Below, piece after piece: positions 19,636 through 29,354 of a DNA stretch of 64,000 nt (its first letter is position 1; each line of letters begins with the position of its first letter). The stretch is from a virus. The notes beneath the pieces are model-generated. The model saw only the letters and a list, made by a program, of their open reading frames with translations, was not told where the DNA came from and searched no databases. The position numbers and the translations under genes were made by a program. The DNA is taken from the IMG/VR virus record IMGVR_UViG_3300022895_000010; one strand, given 5' to 3'.

Positions 19636-20349
19636 TTATGCATATTCTCTGACATCCACCTTAATAGGTTCAGGAGCATCGATATCAGCAATATGAACAT
19701 TGATACGTTGTTTGTTTAATACACCAGTTGTATCGTTCAATTCTCCTCTTTCAATCTTCTCAGAAAGCATTTTAAGATTATCCATCTTCTCTTTATATCC
19801 ATCATACATATCCCATTTATATTTAGATAAGAATTTCTTATAACTACCTTTAACATATTTTAAAGGTACAAATAATTTAGAACTATGAATCAACTCATGA
19901 ATAGTCTTAGTAACTGGTACTAGACCAATCATATTTTGGTAATGAAGATACATTACTTCATCAGCTACTTGGAACGGATCAATTCTTTTCTCACCTTTAA
20001 TTAAACGATTTTGAATAACGATATTAACAATATCATAAAGGGTAAATGGGTAATGATGGAATTCTAATGAGACTCCTCTGATTTCTTCAGTGTCTATTTG
20101 AGGTAAGAAAGTACATCTAGTAAGGTTTAATTCATTTCTTAAGAAACCAATATAAGTACGGTATTCCATACTTGTTCTGATGATTCTTTCAATGTACTTG
20201 ATAAATTTTTCAATTCTTTTTGGACTTACATTTTCAATATCAAGGAAATCCTCTTTGACATTAATGGACTCAACAACTACTACATCATCTTCTTCTTCCC
20301 TAACATACTTTGTAGAAATATCAATTTTAGGTACTAACATTATATCCAC
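19636..20349 (-). CDS. HNH-like (His-rich) protein, paralog of 12585..13229
   Basis: Identical EFHHYPFTLYDIV core; late motif at 20384-20395 (-). Confidence 0.55.
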   Translation of the reverse strand: MDIMLVPKIDISTKYVREEEDDVVVVESINVKEDFLDIENVSPKRIEKFIKYIERIIRTSMEYRTYIGFLRNELNLTRCTFLPQIDTEEIRGVSLEFHHYPFTLYDIVNIVIQNRLIKGEKRIDPFQVADEVMYLHYQNMIGLVPVTKTIHELIHSSKLFVPLKYVKGSYKKFLSKYKWDMYDGYKEKMDNLKMLSEKIERGELNDTTGVLNKQRINVHIADIDAPEPIKVDVREYA

Positions 20350-20373
20350 CTCATTTCAAATAATTTTATTATC

Positions 20374-20395
20374 AAATACATATTATAAAAATGTT
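20374..20395. promoter_or_regulatory. Overlapping early (+) and late (-) promoters
   Basis: AAATACATATTAT 20374-20386 (+); TA-TAAAAA-TGTT 20384-20395 (-). Confidence 0.55.
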
Positions 20396-20433
20396 TATTA
20401 GTATAATATATAGTTTATAGGAGGAATTTTTTA

Positions 20434-20976
20434 ATGGTAAGAAAACTTAGAGTATATAGTGATGCGGCAAGCTTTAATAATGGTAGAAAGAAGAAAGATG
20501 TTATTTCTTTAGGTTCTTTTGCTACTATTGTTGTAGATGAAAACAATGAAATTATATTTGAAGATGTTAAATGCTATAAAGAAGTTACTAATGCATACTG
20601 CGAGTTAGCAGGAGCTACAGTTGGATTGAACAAATTAATTAATGATATAGCTGTCGACAATGAGAGATATCAAGTAGAAGTTATTACCGATGCTCAATAT
20701 GTTGTAAATGGCGCTAATGATACAATAACTAAATGGATGCGTAATGGTTGGAAAAATTGGGTAGGAGAACCTGTAGCTAATAAGGATCTTTGGCAGTTTT
20801 TACAATCTGTAAGACATTCTAAAAGAAATGTAATAGTGAAATTTAAATGGCTTAAAGGTCATAAAGGTAAAGACATAAGTATTGAAGAAGACGTAGATGT
20901 TTACTTCAACGAATATTGTGATACAAAAGCTACTGGTGCGATTGCAGAAGCTAAAAAATTATTAGGATTAGAATAG
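20434..20976 (+). CDS. rnhA: Ribonuclease HI
   Basis: VYSDAAS, TNAYCELAG, ITDAQYVVNG, W..NGWK, VANKDLW, KWLKGH, NEYCD..A. Confidence 0.93.
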   Translation: MVRKLRVYSDAASFNNGRKKKDVISLGSFATIVVDENNEIIFEDVKCYKEVTNAYCELAGATVGLNKLINDIAVDNERYQVEVITDAQYVVNGANDTITKWMRNGWKNWVGEPVANKDLWQFLQSVRHSKRNVIVKFKWLKGHKGKDISIEEDVDVYFNEYCDTKATGAIAEAKKLLGLE

Positions 20977-20987
20977 GAGCGATTAAA

Positions 20988-21467
20988 ATGAATTTATTTT
21001 CTACTGATTATTTCAAAGTAGCGATGGCATTATTTGTCATCTCTCTTTTTTTTGTGTTTATTTCTGAGTATTTATATGAAAGAAGAGCTAGAAGAGAACG
21101 TCAACAAGCAAATGCAGTAAAAAAAGAAACTAAGAATTTTGGGAACATAGAAAACTTTAAATCACACATTGAGAATGTTAATTACTTAATAGAATTTGTA
21201 TGTAGAAATCAATATAAGAAAGTAATGTTACCACTCGTTCAGAAGCAGAGAGATGGAATGGGAATGATAATGGACGATGAATTTGATGCAATAACTGCTG
21301 AGAGTATTCGAAGGGTTATTGAAATGATATCAGATGAATATAAAGTGGAAATATATAAATTTATTAATAAGGATAGATTCTATTATTTAGTAGCAGAGAC
21401 CACTATTGAAATACTATCCGATTTAGCCAATCAATTAAATGAGAAAGCAATACGAAAAATGGGCTAA
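20988..21467 (+). CDS. Membrane-anchored hypothetical protein
   Basis: N-terminal TM helix. Confidence 0.6.
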   Translation: MNLFSTDYFKVAMALFVISLFFVFISEYLYERRARRERQQANAVKKETKNFGNIENFKSHIENVNYLIEFVCRNQYKKVMLPLVQKQRDGMGMIMDDEFDAITAESIRRVIEMISDEYKVEIYKFINKDRFYYLVAETTIEILSDLANQLNEKAIRKMG

Positions 21468-21498
21468 AAAAAAAATAAGACTTGTAATAAGTCTTATT

Positions 21499-22230
21499 TT
21501 AATTTAATACGTAACCAGTGGTTTCAACGATACCATAGTTACTAATACGTTGTTTATATTCAGCTACACTCTCATTAGAGTTCTTAGGAACGTAAACATC
21601 GATTTTGTATTTATTATCTGATACTTCTCTTAAGTATTGTGGATTACCAGTATCTAAAACAGTATATGTACCATAACCATCTATACTGATTTCAGTATTA
21701 AATGGGAAGTTATTTGATGCGATAACACCATGAGAAAGGTCTGCACCGCTTGCAGTAGCGTTTCCATTACCAGCACCGTTTTCGTCATCACCAGAACCAT
21801 AGAATGATAATACTAAACCGATTTGTTTACCATTCTTTGACTCTTCACCTTTTTTAACGGATTCAGAAGAAGAAGAAGAAGAGCTAGCAGTTTCCTTCTT
21901 GCTAGCCTTCAATTCTTCAATCTTATCCTCAAGTTCTTTGATCTTCTTAAAGAGGTCTTCTCTCTCCATTAATAGATCATTTCGTTCAGTACCAATGTTT
22001 TTATAGTCTTCTTCTAAGGCATTTTTATCCTTAATGACTTTATCAATAGTCCCTGAATAATTCTCTTCCATCGTACTCTTCTCTAATTTCCACTCTGTAA
22101 CAGCTTTGTTATACCTTTCATTATCGTCATAAATTATACCTGCTGTAAGAAGTACATTAGCGAGGAAAGCAACCACCAATATAATTATAGTTGTTCTACT
22201 ACGTCTAGACATCGAATCATTCCTTTTCAA
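21499..22230 (-). CDS. Membrane-anchored 3D-domain (MltA-like) cell-wall protein
   Basis: N-terminal TM, coiled coil, Ser-rich linker, then TASG, VIAS..FPF.T.I.I.GYG...VLDTG and KIDVYV. Confidence 0.78.
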   Translation of the reverse strand: MKRNDSMSRRSRTTIIILVVAFLANVLLTAGIIYDDNERYNKAVTEWKLEKSTMEENYSGTIDKVIKDKNALEEDYKNIGTERNDLLMEREDLFKKIKELEDKIEELKASKKETASSSSSSSESVKKGEESKNGKQIGLVLSFYGSGDDENGAGNGNATASGADLSHGVIASNNFPFNTEISIDGYGTYTVLDTGNPQYLREVSDNKYKIDVYVPKNSNESVAEYKQRISNYGIVETTGYVLN

Positions 22231-22234
22231 TAGA

Positions 22235-22990
22235 TTATAAAATAATATTTATTAGATTTAATATAAAATCTAAATTGGAGTTTATTTGACAATGATGCTT
22301 CATATTATCTTTGATGTCATCTAAATATAATAAATTATCTTGAATCTCAAATAAATATACATCAAAAATAATATCCTTATAATAACCTTTATCCAAATCG
22401 AAGTTAACAAAGTCATGTTTAAACTCAAGTAGGTCAGTGAATAAATTATCTTTATTATTTATAGCACTTAAGTTTAAGCAGTTCTTAAGAAATCCAAATA
22501 AATATTTTGAATGATGTTCTTTAACCTCATTTGAATAACCCTTGGTTTCAAGATTATTATCGAAGCTATTGTAATAATGCTCCTTATTATTAATGTTTAT
22601 AAAACTTGAAAAAGAACTCTTCGGTCTAAAAATATAATGGTCATTCAATTGTAAATTCTTCGGTGTTTTGTTAATAAGGTATAAAGCATCCTTCTTAATA
22701 GAAAGAACATCATCATCCCTAATCTCATTCAATTCAAAGAACTCTTTCCTAATCCTAACAAACTCTTCTATTAAGAAGTTGTTAACATCTTTATTCTTTG
22801 CAAGAAACTTACCTACTACAACATGACGTTCTTTACCCATTGCATTTAATGAATTGTAATCATCTTCACTGATTATATCATTATGAAATAATATATTCAG
22901 ACCTGCATTCTTCATATCATATTCTACAATAGGTGTATTCTTAATATATTTGATATCCCTATTAAGAAAGTTGTGTTTCTGGTACAACAT
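22235..22990 (-). CDS. Small DNA-polymerase-palm-like protein
   Basis: IVEYDMKNAG resembles PolB motif A and LSIKKDALY resembles motif C; later L.TKG; late motif at 23020-23031. Confidence 0.4.
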   Translation of the reverse strand: MLYQKHNFLNRDIKYIKNTPIVEYDMKNAGLNILFHNDIISEDDYNSLNAMGKERHVVVGKFLAKNKDVNNFLIEEFVRIRKEFFELNEIRDDDVLSIKKDALYLINKTPKNLQLNDHYIFRPKSSFSSFININNKEHYYNSFDNNLETKGYSNEVKEHHSKYLFGFLKNCLNLSAINNKDNLFTDLLEFKHDFVNFDLDKGYYKDIIFDVYLFEIQDNLLYLDDIKDNMKHHCQINSNLDFILNLINIIL

Positions 22991-23050
22991 GTAAATTTTA
23001 CACTCCTTTCTATTAGAATTACCAATATGTTCAATATAAATTAAAACTTT

Positions 23051-23383
23051 TTATTTAAACATTCTTTGAACTTGTCTTTCTTTTTCTAAACGTTCTAATT
23101 TTTTCATCATTTCATTATTTGCAACAGATTTCTTTATCATATCCTTTGTCATGAAATCAAATTGAGTAAACCATTCTTCCAACTTAACAGGTTCTTTTGT
23201 CTTTGGATTGATGAATTCAACACTATATAAGTAAGCACCTGCTTTTTCTTCAATCTTTGTATAACCAGTAATTACCATAGGTGTTCCTTCAACATCCGCT
23301 TTTACAATACCAATCTTAGGAACTCTTTTATTATTAGTAAGAAATGCTACATCTCCAACTTCATATTCTCTTTTAATAGCCAT
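23051..23383 (-). CDS. Hypothetical protein (possible SH3-like barrel)
   Basis: YEVGD.A start and short beta strands; SD GAAAGAGG. Confidence 0.55.
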   Translation of the reverse strand: MAIKREYEVGDVAFLTNNKRVPKIGIVKADVEGTPMVITGYTKIEEKAGAYLYSVEFINPKTKEPVKLEEWFTQFDFMTKDMIKKSVANNEMMKKLERLEKERQVQRMFK

Positions 23384-23408
23384 TTTAATTACCTCTTTCT
23401 TTTAATTT

Positions 23409-23753
23409 TTATAATGGTGTTATCATTGAAAGAGCAGGAATCTTCTCTGCTTTAAAACCTTTTTTCTCATACCATTGAATTGTAGCTTTAATATAATCAT
23501 CCAATTTAGTTTTAATTACCACTCCACTTTCTTCTAAATCTTCAATTTCATCGGATCTACTAATATTGTGTCCATTCATTTGGTATATAAGTACTTCAAT
23601 ATCATCATAATAATCTGGTTCTGGAATTTTCTTTTCACCTTCTATTAAAACAAACCCAACTTTCTTACTCTTATTATTTAACATATCTGCTACATCAAAT
23701 TCATAATCTCCAAAAGGTTCTACTGCTAATACTAATTTATTCATAATTGACAC
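23409..23753 (-). CDS. Hypothetical protein
   Basis: 114-aa ORF with SD AGGAG. Confidence 0.55.
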   Translation of the reverse strand: MSIMNKLVLAVEPFGDYEFDVADMLNNKSKKVGFVLIEGEKKIPEPDYYDDIEVLIYQMNGHNISRSDEIEDLEESGVVIKTKLDDYIKATIQWYEKKGFKAEKIPALSMITPL

Positions 23754-23817
23754 TCTCCTAATAGAATATACCCTAGCACATTTTTATGTACTAGGGTTTT
23801 TATTTAATCTTCCTTAC

Positions 23818-24435
23818 TTAAATAAAGTCAACATCTACCAATGCATTAATAATAGTATCAGTATCTAAACGATGTTCAGCATTATTTAATAGTTTTAAAT
23901 CATAAATATTTTCTAATGATTTACGTTCTTGTTCAAGGAACTCGTTATCACGATCATTACGTCCTTCTAGACTATTTGAATCGATATATAAAATAATATA
24001 TTCAATATTCTCTTCAGGATGCTCTTTGGAGTACTTAATTAAATCTTGAATACCTAGATAATTAATTACTACTGTATTAATAATTAAATCTTGGTCTACA
24101 GATAGTTTAATATCAGATAAATACGTACCATAGCGATTACCATTAACATTTGTACGGGCAAATAAACTGGATTCAAGTTTTTCATATTGATTATCATTTA
24201 CAAAATCATAAACACGATTGTCAACCTCTTCCTGACTGCGTGGTTTACGAGTAGTAACTTGATTTAATTTATTGAATGTTACTTTTACTTTTGATTCACC
24301 ATCAGCCTGTGTTACTTCATACATTTGAACTGCTTTTAATAACTTTTCAATATATGTTTTACCACTACCAGATGGACCACAAAGTAATAATACTTTTTTA
24401 ACAGGTGTTTTTAGTCGTCTTAAAGTTTTAATCAT
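23818..24435 (-). CDS. Guanylate-kinase-family nucleoside monophosphate kinase
   Basis: P-loop GPSGSGKT, TTRKPR..E....YDFV, GNRYGT; late motif at 24464-24475. Confidence 0.88.
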   Translation of the reverse strand: MIKTLRRLKTPVKKVLLLCGPSGSGKTYIEKLLKAVQMYEVTQADGESKVKVTFNKLNQVTTRKPRSQEEVDNRVYDFVNDNQYEKLESSLFARTNVNGNRYGTYLSDIKLSVDQDLIINTVVINYLGIQDLIKYSKEHPEENIEYIILYIDSNSLEGRNDRDNEFLEQERKSLENIYDLKLLNNAEHRLDTDTIINALVDVDFI

Positions 24436-24576
24436 TTTCCATTACCTCCAATAATAAGTAAACTATTCTCATGTTATAGTATTTATTTTTTCTTAAGTCC
24501 AAAGGAGGTACTTAACAAAAATAAAAGATGAAAATTCCCTTTTTATATATGAGAATTTTCACCTTAATATTAATTT

Positions 24577-25299
24577 CTAACAAGAAAGAAGTTTTAATTT
24601 AACAAGTTCTTTAAGCCATTTTTTACTATGAGAACTCATTAAGAATTTCTTATAAACATTCACATTTACCTCTTCAGCACCTTTAATAATTAAATCATTG
24701 CAAATTTCATTTAGACATTTAAGAGGAATATAAATATCATATGGATCTGAATCTCGATTAATCATTACCGATATCTCTAATACTTCTTTCTTATTTATTT
24801 CTTTTATCTTAACCGCTTTAAAGATATCAATCTTATCTATTTCAATACCGTTTACATTATGCGCTTGCATTGAACGGAAATTCATTGTCTGTTTTTCAAT
24901 TTCTTCAAGATTAAATCCCTTAATCATAAATCCATCATTAACTGGAATTTCAATCTCAATATTACCATTAACACTTTCCATGTATCTAGAAAACCACTCT
25001 TTACCTAAATTGGAATTTAAGAATTCATTAATCTTAGAGACATCTCGAACATCTTTAGTTATACCTAAATCTTTAAACAAGTTAAAAGGAATAACATAAT
25101 TAGGTACAGCAGAATGAGAAGTAAATTGACCTCCAAGACTTCTATAAGATATATCACCTATATAGAAATAAATACCATGTCTACGTTTAATAGTTCTAAT
25201 AATAAAACTACCAAAGATAATCTTTCTACTATCTGGATTAACGCCTGAAATTTCAAGAAATTCTTTTATATGTTCATCGTATCTATTCATATTAAACAT
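24577..25299 (-). CDS. Hypothetical protein with an internally duplicated domain
   Basis: Start reassigned to ATG 25299 after AAGGAGG; two IP...FL.S..(G/S)K.W units. Confidence 0.6.
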   Translation of the reverse strand: MFNMNRYDEHIKEFLEISGVNPDSRKIIFGSFIIRTIKRRHGIYFYIGDISYRSLGGQFTSHSAVPNYVIPFNLFKDLGITKDVRDVSKINEFLNSNLGKEWFSRYMESVNGNIEIEIPVNDGFMIKGFNLEEIEKQTMNFRSMQAHNVNGIEIDKIDIFKAVKIKEINKKEVLEISVMINRDSDPYDIYIPLKCLNEICNDLIIKGAEEVNVNVYKKFLMSSHSKKWLKELVKLKLLSC

Positions 25300-25312
25300 T
25301 ATTGAATCCTCC

Positions 25313-25759
25313 TTAAGCTGTATAGAAGTTTGATAAGATTCCTCTTTTTCTTCGTTTAACTCTAGGTTTAATTTCATCTCTATAAATACGAGATTGAATT
25401 AAACTTTCAAACCATTTATTACCTTCAAATGTATTTAAAAAATCTTGTACTTCTTTAAGGCTATCGAAAGATGAATCAATAATATTCATAAATACAAGTA
25501 GATCTATATTAAAATCACTTTCCATTACTCGAATTTCATTTGTTCTTAGATTGATATATCTAGCTTTAAATCTAGCAAAGCATAAACCATGATAAGGATT
25601 TCTACCAGTAATTTCAACGTTCTGTAAATCAATAGATAATTCTTTACCATTAAAATTTTTATAGAAAGCTTCTAATTGTCTTTTATACTCTTCAATATTG
25701 ATTTCACGTTTTTCATATACTTTTGTCATTTTATATACCTCTTCCTTTATAATTGTCAT
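25313..25759 (-). CDS. Hypothetical protein, single-domain paralog of 24577..25299
   Basis: VQDFLNTFEGNKWF vs INEFLNSNLGKEWF. Confidence 0.6.
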   Translation of the reverse strand: MTIIKEEVYKMTKVYEKREINIEEYKRQLEAFYKNFNGKELSIDLQNVEITGRNPYHGLCFARFKARYINLRTNEIRVMESDFNIDLLVFMNIIDSSFDSLKEVQDFLNTFEGNKWFESLIQSRIYRDEIKPRVKRRKRGILSNFYTA

Positions 25760-25826
25760 GTAATTATACTCCCCACATAGTAATGGAAATAAGTATCCAT
25801 TTAAGAATACTTATTTCCATTTGTTA

Positions 25827-26117
25827 TTATTGCTTTGATAGTTCTACAATTTCTTCTAATTGTCCTTCATTATAACCATGAGTTCGTTTTACTTCTTTAC
25901 CATCTACATAAAGAATAGTAACTGGAACTGACATGATATCCATTTCAATTGCTAGATCAATGTTCTCTGGTTCTTGGACGTTCACAGGAACAATTTTAAC
26001 TCCTTCTCGATCAAAGAAATCTGATACCATACGACATGGTTGACAATTGAATTTTTCAAATTTAACGATTTGTGCTTTGTCTTCTTTTTTCTTTAATAGT
26101 TCATTGATTAATGGCAT
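25827..26117 (-). CDS. Thioredoxin/NrdH-like redoxin
   Basis: CQPC active site, IMSVPVTILYVDGKEV; start reassigned to ATG 26117. Confidence 0.88.
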   Translation of the reverse strand: MPLINELLKKKEDKAQIVKFEKFNCQPCRMVSDFFDREGVKIVPVNVQEPENIDLAIEMDIMSVPVTILYVDGKEVKRTHGYNEGQLEEIVELSKQ

Positions 26118-26202
26118 TTTTCTTTCCCCCGCAATTTGAGTAGTATAATTAATTATTATGTTTACGAGGGAAACCGTCTTTTCGAGTTTAAAAATTATCA
26201 TA

Positions 26203-27039
26203 TTACTTAATCAACTTTAACTCATACTTGATTGTATAACGTTTCTTTTTCCATGATTTATACATCTTATAATAAGACGGATGAAATAATTTAAACTTAG
26301 CTAACTTCTTTTTATAAGCTAAATAAAGTTTAAACTTATTCCATTTACTTGGGTTCATAGAAATTTCACTATCATAGAAATCAGATTCAAATGTTTCTAT
26401 ATCCATCTCAAGTTGTTCACAAGCACCTACTAATAACATGACATCCTTTAATTTTACGAATTGGAGAGAATCACCTTTAAGATAAGGATATACATGATTA
26501 AAATGTATAGTAGCTGATTCTTGACCTTGTTTAATAGATGCATTTATGTAATCTTCCATAAATACAGTACCCATTTTAGTATTTAATGTGTTGATAATAT
26601 TTAACATGCGGAAATCAGAATTAGTTCCTTCTGAATTAGCTTTAAATAAAGCCATAACCTTTTTATCAAATGGATATTTGTAATATTTCTTATCTATCTC
26701 ACTAAAATCTAGACTATCTAAGAATGTTTCAAAACTTCTTACCGTATCAATTTGTCTTATCTTAACGATATTATAAAATTGGTTCATTACTACTGGATAT
26801 AGTTTATTATTAAAGTGCAGTCTATCTATATTACTAGGTCTTAAACCAGTCATCCAGATAAATGCACCGACTAATACATCAATGTCATTTTTGTTACTAT
26901 TTAAAGTATTAATAATACTTTCATTACCCTTTAATTCCTTTATAGCAATGTATTCAGTGTGTTCATATTCATCTCCATATGGAATCACTGATGTAAAGAA
27001 ATTTAATGGATTATTTACAAAACCATAACTGTTACTCAT
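26203..27039 (-). CDS. Hypothetical protein
   Basis: 278-aa ORF with SD AGGAG. Confidence 0.6.
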   Translation of the reverse strand: MSNSYGFVNNPLNFFTSVIPYGDEYEHTEYIAIKELKGNESIINTLNSNKNDIDVLVGAFIWMTGLRPSNIDRLHFNNKLYPVVMNQFYNIVKIRQIDTVRSFETFLDSLDFSEIDKKYYKYPFDKKVMALFKANSEGTNSDFRMLNIINTLNTKMGTVFMEDYINASIKQGQESATIHFNHVYPYLKGDSLQFVKLKDVMLLVGACEQLEMDIETFESDFYDSEISMNPSKWNKFKLYLAYKKKLAKFKLFHPSYYKMYKSWKKKRYTIKYELKLIK

Positions 27040-27105
27040 GTAAAATCTCCTCTATAATAAATAAAAGAATAACAGAACTATTGTCCCATTATTCTTTTAT
27101 AATTT

Positions 27106-27510
27106 TTATTTTTTGATAATTCCTTCTGGATTACGTGTAAGATCGAAAATTTCTTCAGCATTTTCGTATCCTCTAGCTTTAAGACTAGTAATAATTGCTT
27201 CACGACGAGTAACTTCAAATGCTTTCATTGAATCCATTACTACATCTTTAGGGTTGTTACCATCATCTAATGCACACATTAAAGTTAATTCAATAGTTGA
27301 AACAGCAGTAATAAGTGCTAACATATTACCAGCACTAGCATTCTCTGCTTGAACATTAAATGTTTCGTCACCTTCAATACCTACTGCAAAGTAAATTACA
27401 TTTCCTTTTTTCTCTTCTTGTTGTGGTTTTTGAGCTTTCATTACTGGTTCTTGAATCGCTTCCGAATCTTTGATTTCGTCTGGCATGATGATTTTTGTTT
27501 CTTTAGACAT
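27106..27510 (-). CDS. Hypothetical early protein
   Basis: SD AGGAGG; early motif at 27609-27621 (-). Confidence 0.6.
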   Translation of the reverse strand: MSKETKIIMPDEIKDSEAIQEPVMKAQKPQQEEKKGNVIYFAVGIEGDETFNVQAENASAGNMLALITAVSTIELTLMCALDDGNNPKDVVMDSMKAFEVTRREAIITSLKARGYENAEEIFDLTRNPEGIIKK

Positions 27511-27631
27511 AATAGTAAATCCTCCTAGATAAATTATAATTATAATTTTTGTTATTGATACTATAAAAATAAAAATAATTATAAAATGTTTAAATCAATA
27601 ACACCTATATAATATATACTTAAATTCATTT

Positions 27632-28339
27632 TTATTCATTCTTCAATGAAATTAAGAAATTGAAGAAGTCATCATACTTTTTATCAAACACTTTAAAGTA
27701 TTTAAAATCAGTCTTATCAACTGCTTTATCCTTAGCTTTTTCTTGACCTATATCACGACTTCTATAATGATTATTATCAGATGCTTTAATTTCAATAATA
27801 AGATTTAAACTCTGAATGTAAACATCTGGAATATAGAAGTGGTCTTTACCATCATAACTATATTGAATAATTTGTGGAGCAGGACACATTACATCAGTTG
27901 ATTCTAACCCTAAGAATGTATCTAGGAATTCTAAGAAATCATTCTCATATGTTCCCGTATAAGTAAATTTAGTTCCGTCACTCCATTCATATTCTCCTGA
28001 GATCTTTCTATTAGAAAGCATCTTCTTTTGAACATCTGGGTCATTTAGTAAATGTTCTTTACCATATTTACCGACCATTCTTTTCTTAAATTGCTCTCTA
28101 TAAGTCTTTCGGCATTTCTCAGAGCAGATTCTATCGTATTTTTCTGTAGCTTCATTAAATTTTGTCTCTTTGCCATCTACGATACATTTACCATGAGTTT
28201 TCTTATTCTTGAAATTAAAGTAGAAGTGTGCTGGAGAGAGACCATTTAATTGGTCTTCATGTTTATCTGTCATATGAGCATATAAAGCATCCTTAGTCAG
28301 ATATTTATTGGTACATAATGGACATTTAAGTGATTGCAT
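27632..28339 (-). CDS. Zinc-finger + TnsA-like PD-(D/E)XK endonuclease
   Basis: C2H2 finger CPLC..H....H, second Cys cluster (C..CSEKC), YE..F...LD, I.Y..DGK.H.YIPD.Y.....IIEIK; start ATG 28339, late motif at 28361-28372. Confidence 0.75.
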   Translation of the reverse strand: MQSLKCPLCTNKYLTKDALYAHMTDKHEDQLNGLSPAHFYFNFKNKKTHGKCIVDGKETKFNEATEKYDRICSEKCRKTYREQFKKRMVGKYGKEHLLNDPDVQKKMLSNRKISGEYEWSDGTKFTYTGTYENDFLEFLDTFLGLESTDVMCPAPQIIQYSYDGKDHFYIPDVYIQSLNLIIEIKASDNNHYRSRDIGQEKAKDKAVDKTDFKYFKVFDKKYDDFFNFLISLKNE

Positions 28340-28412
28340 TTTAAGACTCCTTTCAGCTAATAATGTCTTGTTAATATAAATCATAAAAGATGACTAAAAA
28401 AAAAAGATAACC

Positions 28413-28808
28413 CTACTGTATCTTTGTAGGGTTATCTAAATTAACTTTAAATTGTTTTTCGATTACATTCTTTACCATATGCTTTTCTTCATGATCTATA
28501 TCTCTAGACCACTTCTTGAATAGACATTTTAGTAAATGTTCTTTATCTTCTAACTCTTTTGTAATAAGTTTTTGCGCTTTAGTCTTTTCTCTAAATAACG
28601 TGTATTTAGCTTCTAATAGGTTTAATTGAATAAAATCATCACCGTCAAGTACTTTCAACTTAACTTCATCATTTTTAATATCAATAGACGCAACTATACA
28701 TGTAATAATAGATGTTGTTTCTTTCCATAATGAAAAGTGTACTACATCACCTATATTTTCTATTTGACCGTCCATTACTTGAATCATTTTAATCCTCCTA
28801 AACTTCAA
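28413..28808 (-). CDS. Hypothetical protein, tandem family member 1 of 5
   Basis: V.DG....GD.V...LFKKW......K.M....IEKQFKV.L. Confidence 0.65.
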   Translation of the reverse strand: MKFRRIKMIQVMDGQIENIGDVVHFSLWKETTSIITCIVASIDIKNDEVKLKVLDGDDFIQLNLLEAKYTLFREKTKAQKLITKELEDKEHLLKCLFKKWSRDIDHEEKHMVKNVIEKQFKVNLDNPTKIQ

Positions 28809-28871
28809 CCTCCCTTTAAGGAATTGCTGAAGAAGATATTCTAATTATTTTCTTGTTTAATCTTCTTCAAT

Positions 28872-29339
28872 TTATTTTCTTATGTTTGTATTATTTAAAT
28901 GTCTCCAAATTGGTTCAGCCTCAGGTTCAGGAGGTAATTTAATATCTACATCAAATGTTTCCTTAATAATTTTAGACATAGAATATTTTTGAATTTGACC
29001 GCTTGATTCCACCCATGTATCAAATAAACTTTGCAATAAGACTTCTTTATTTCTTATTTCATCTTCATATTGTTTTGTGAATTTAATTACTGCTTTTTCA
29101 GCATTTTCCTTTGATATAAAGACATATTTTTGATACTGTTCTTTACTCAAGAACTCAAAATTAATACCTGGTCTATTAATCACTAATCTCATTGTTTTAG
29201 CTTTTGAAAAGAATCTTACATCAATTTCAGATACTCTACAATGTACAATTTTATTATTAATATTATAATCTATATAATAAACTCTGTCTTGTTCTTTTAC
29301 TTTACCATCTACTACTTCTATCTCTACATTGATTGTCAT
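28872..29339 (-). CDS. Hypothetical protein, tandem family member 2 of 5
   Basis: EVVDGKVK..D.VYY; VF.SKENA; LQSLFDTW; IIKETFDVDI. Confidence 0.7.
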   Translation of the reverse strand: MTINVEIEVVDGKVKEQDRVYYIDYNINNKIVHCRVSEIDVRFFSKAKTMRLVINRPGINFEFLSKEQYQKYVFISKENAEKAVIKFTKQYEDEIRNKEVLLQSLFDTWVESSGQIQKYSMSKIIKETFDVDIKLPPEPEAEPIWRHLNNTNIRK

Positions 29340-29354
29340 AATGTATCCCCTATC

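Noticed and set aside
26151-27553. AACA boxes upstream of the thioredoxin (26159-26162) and of 27510 (27550-27553)
   Set aside because: No TA at the N6 spacing, so not counted as late promoters; they may be variants
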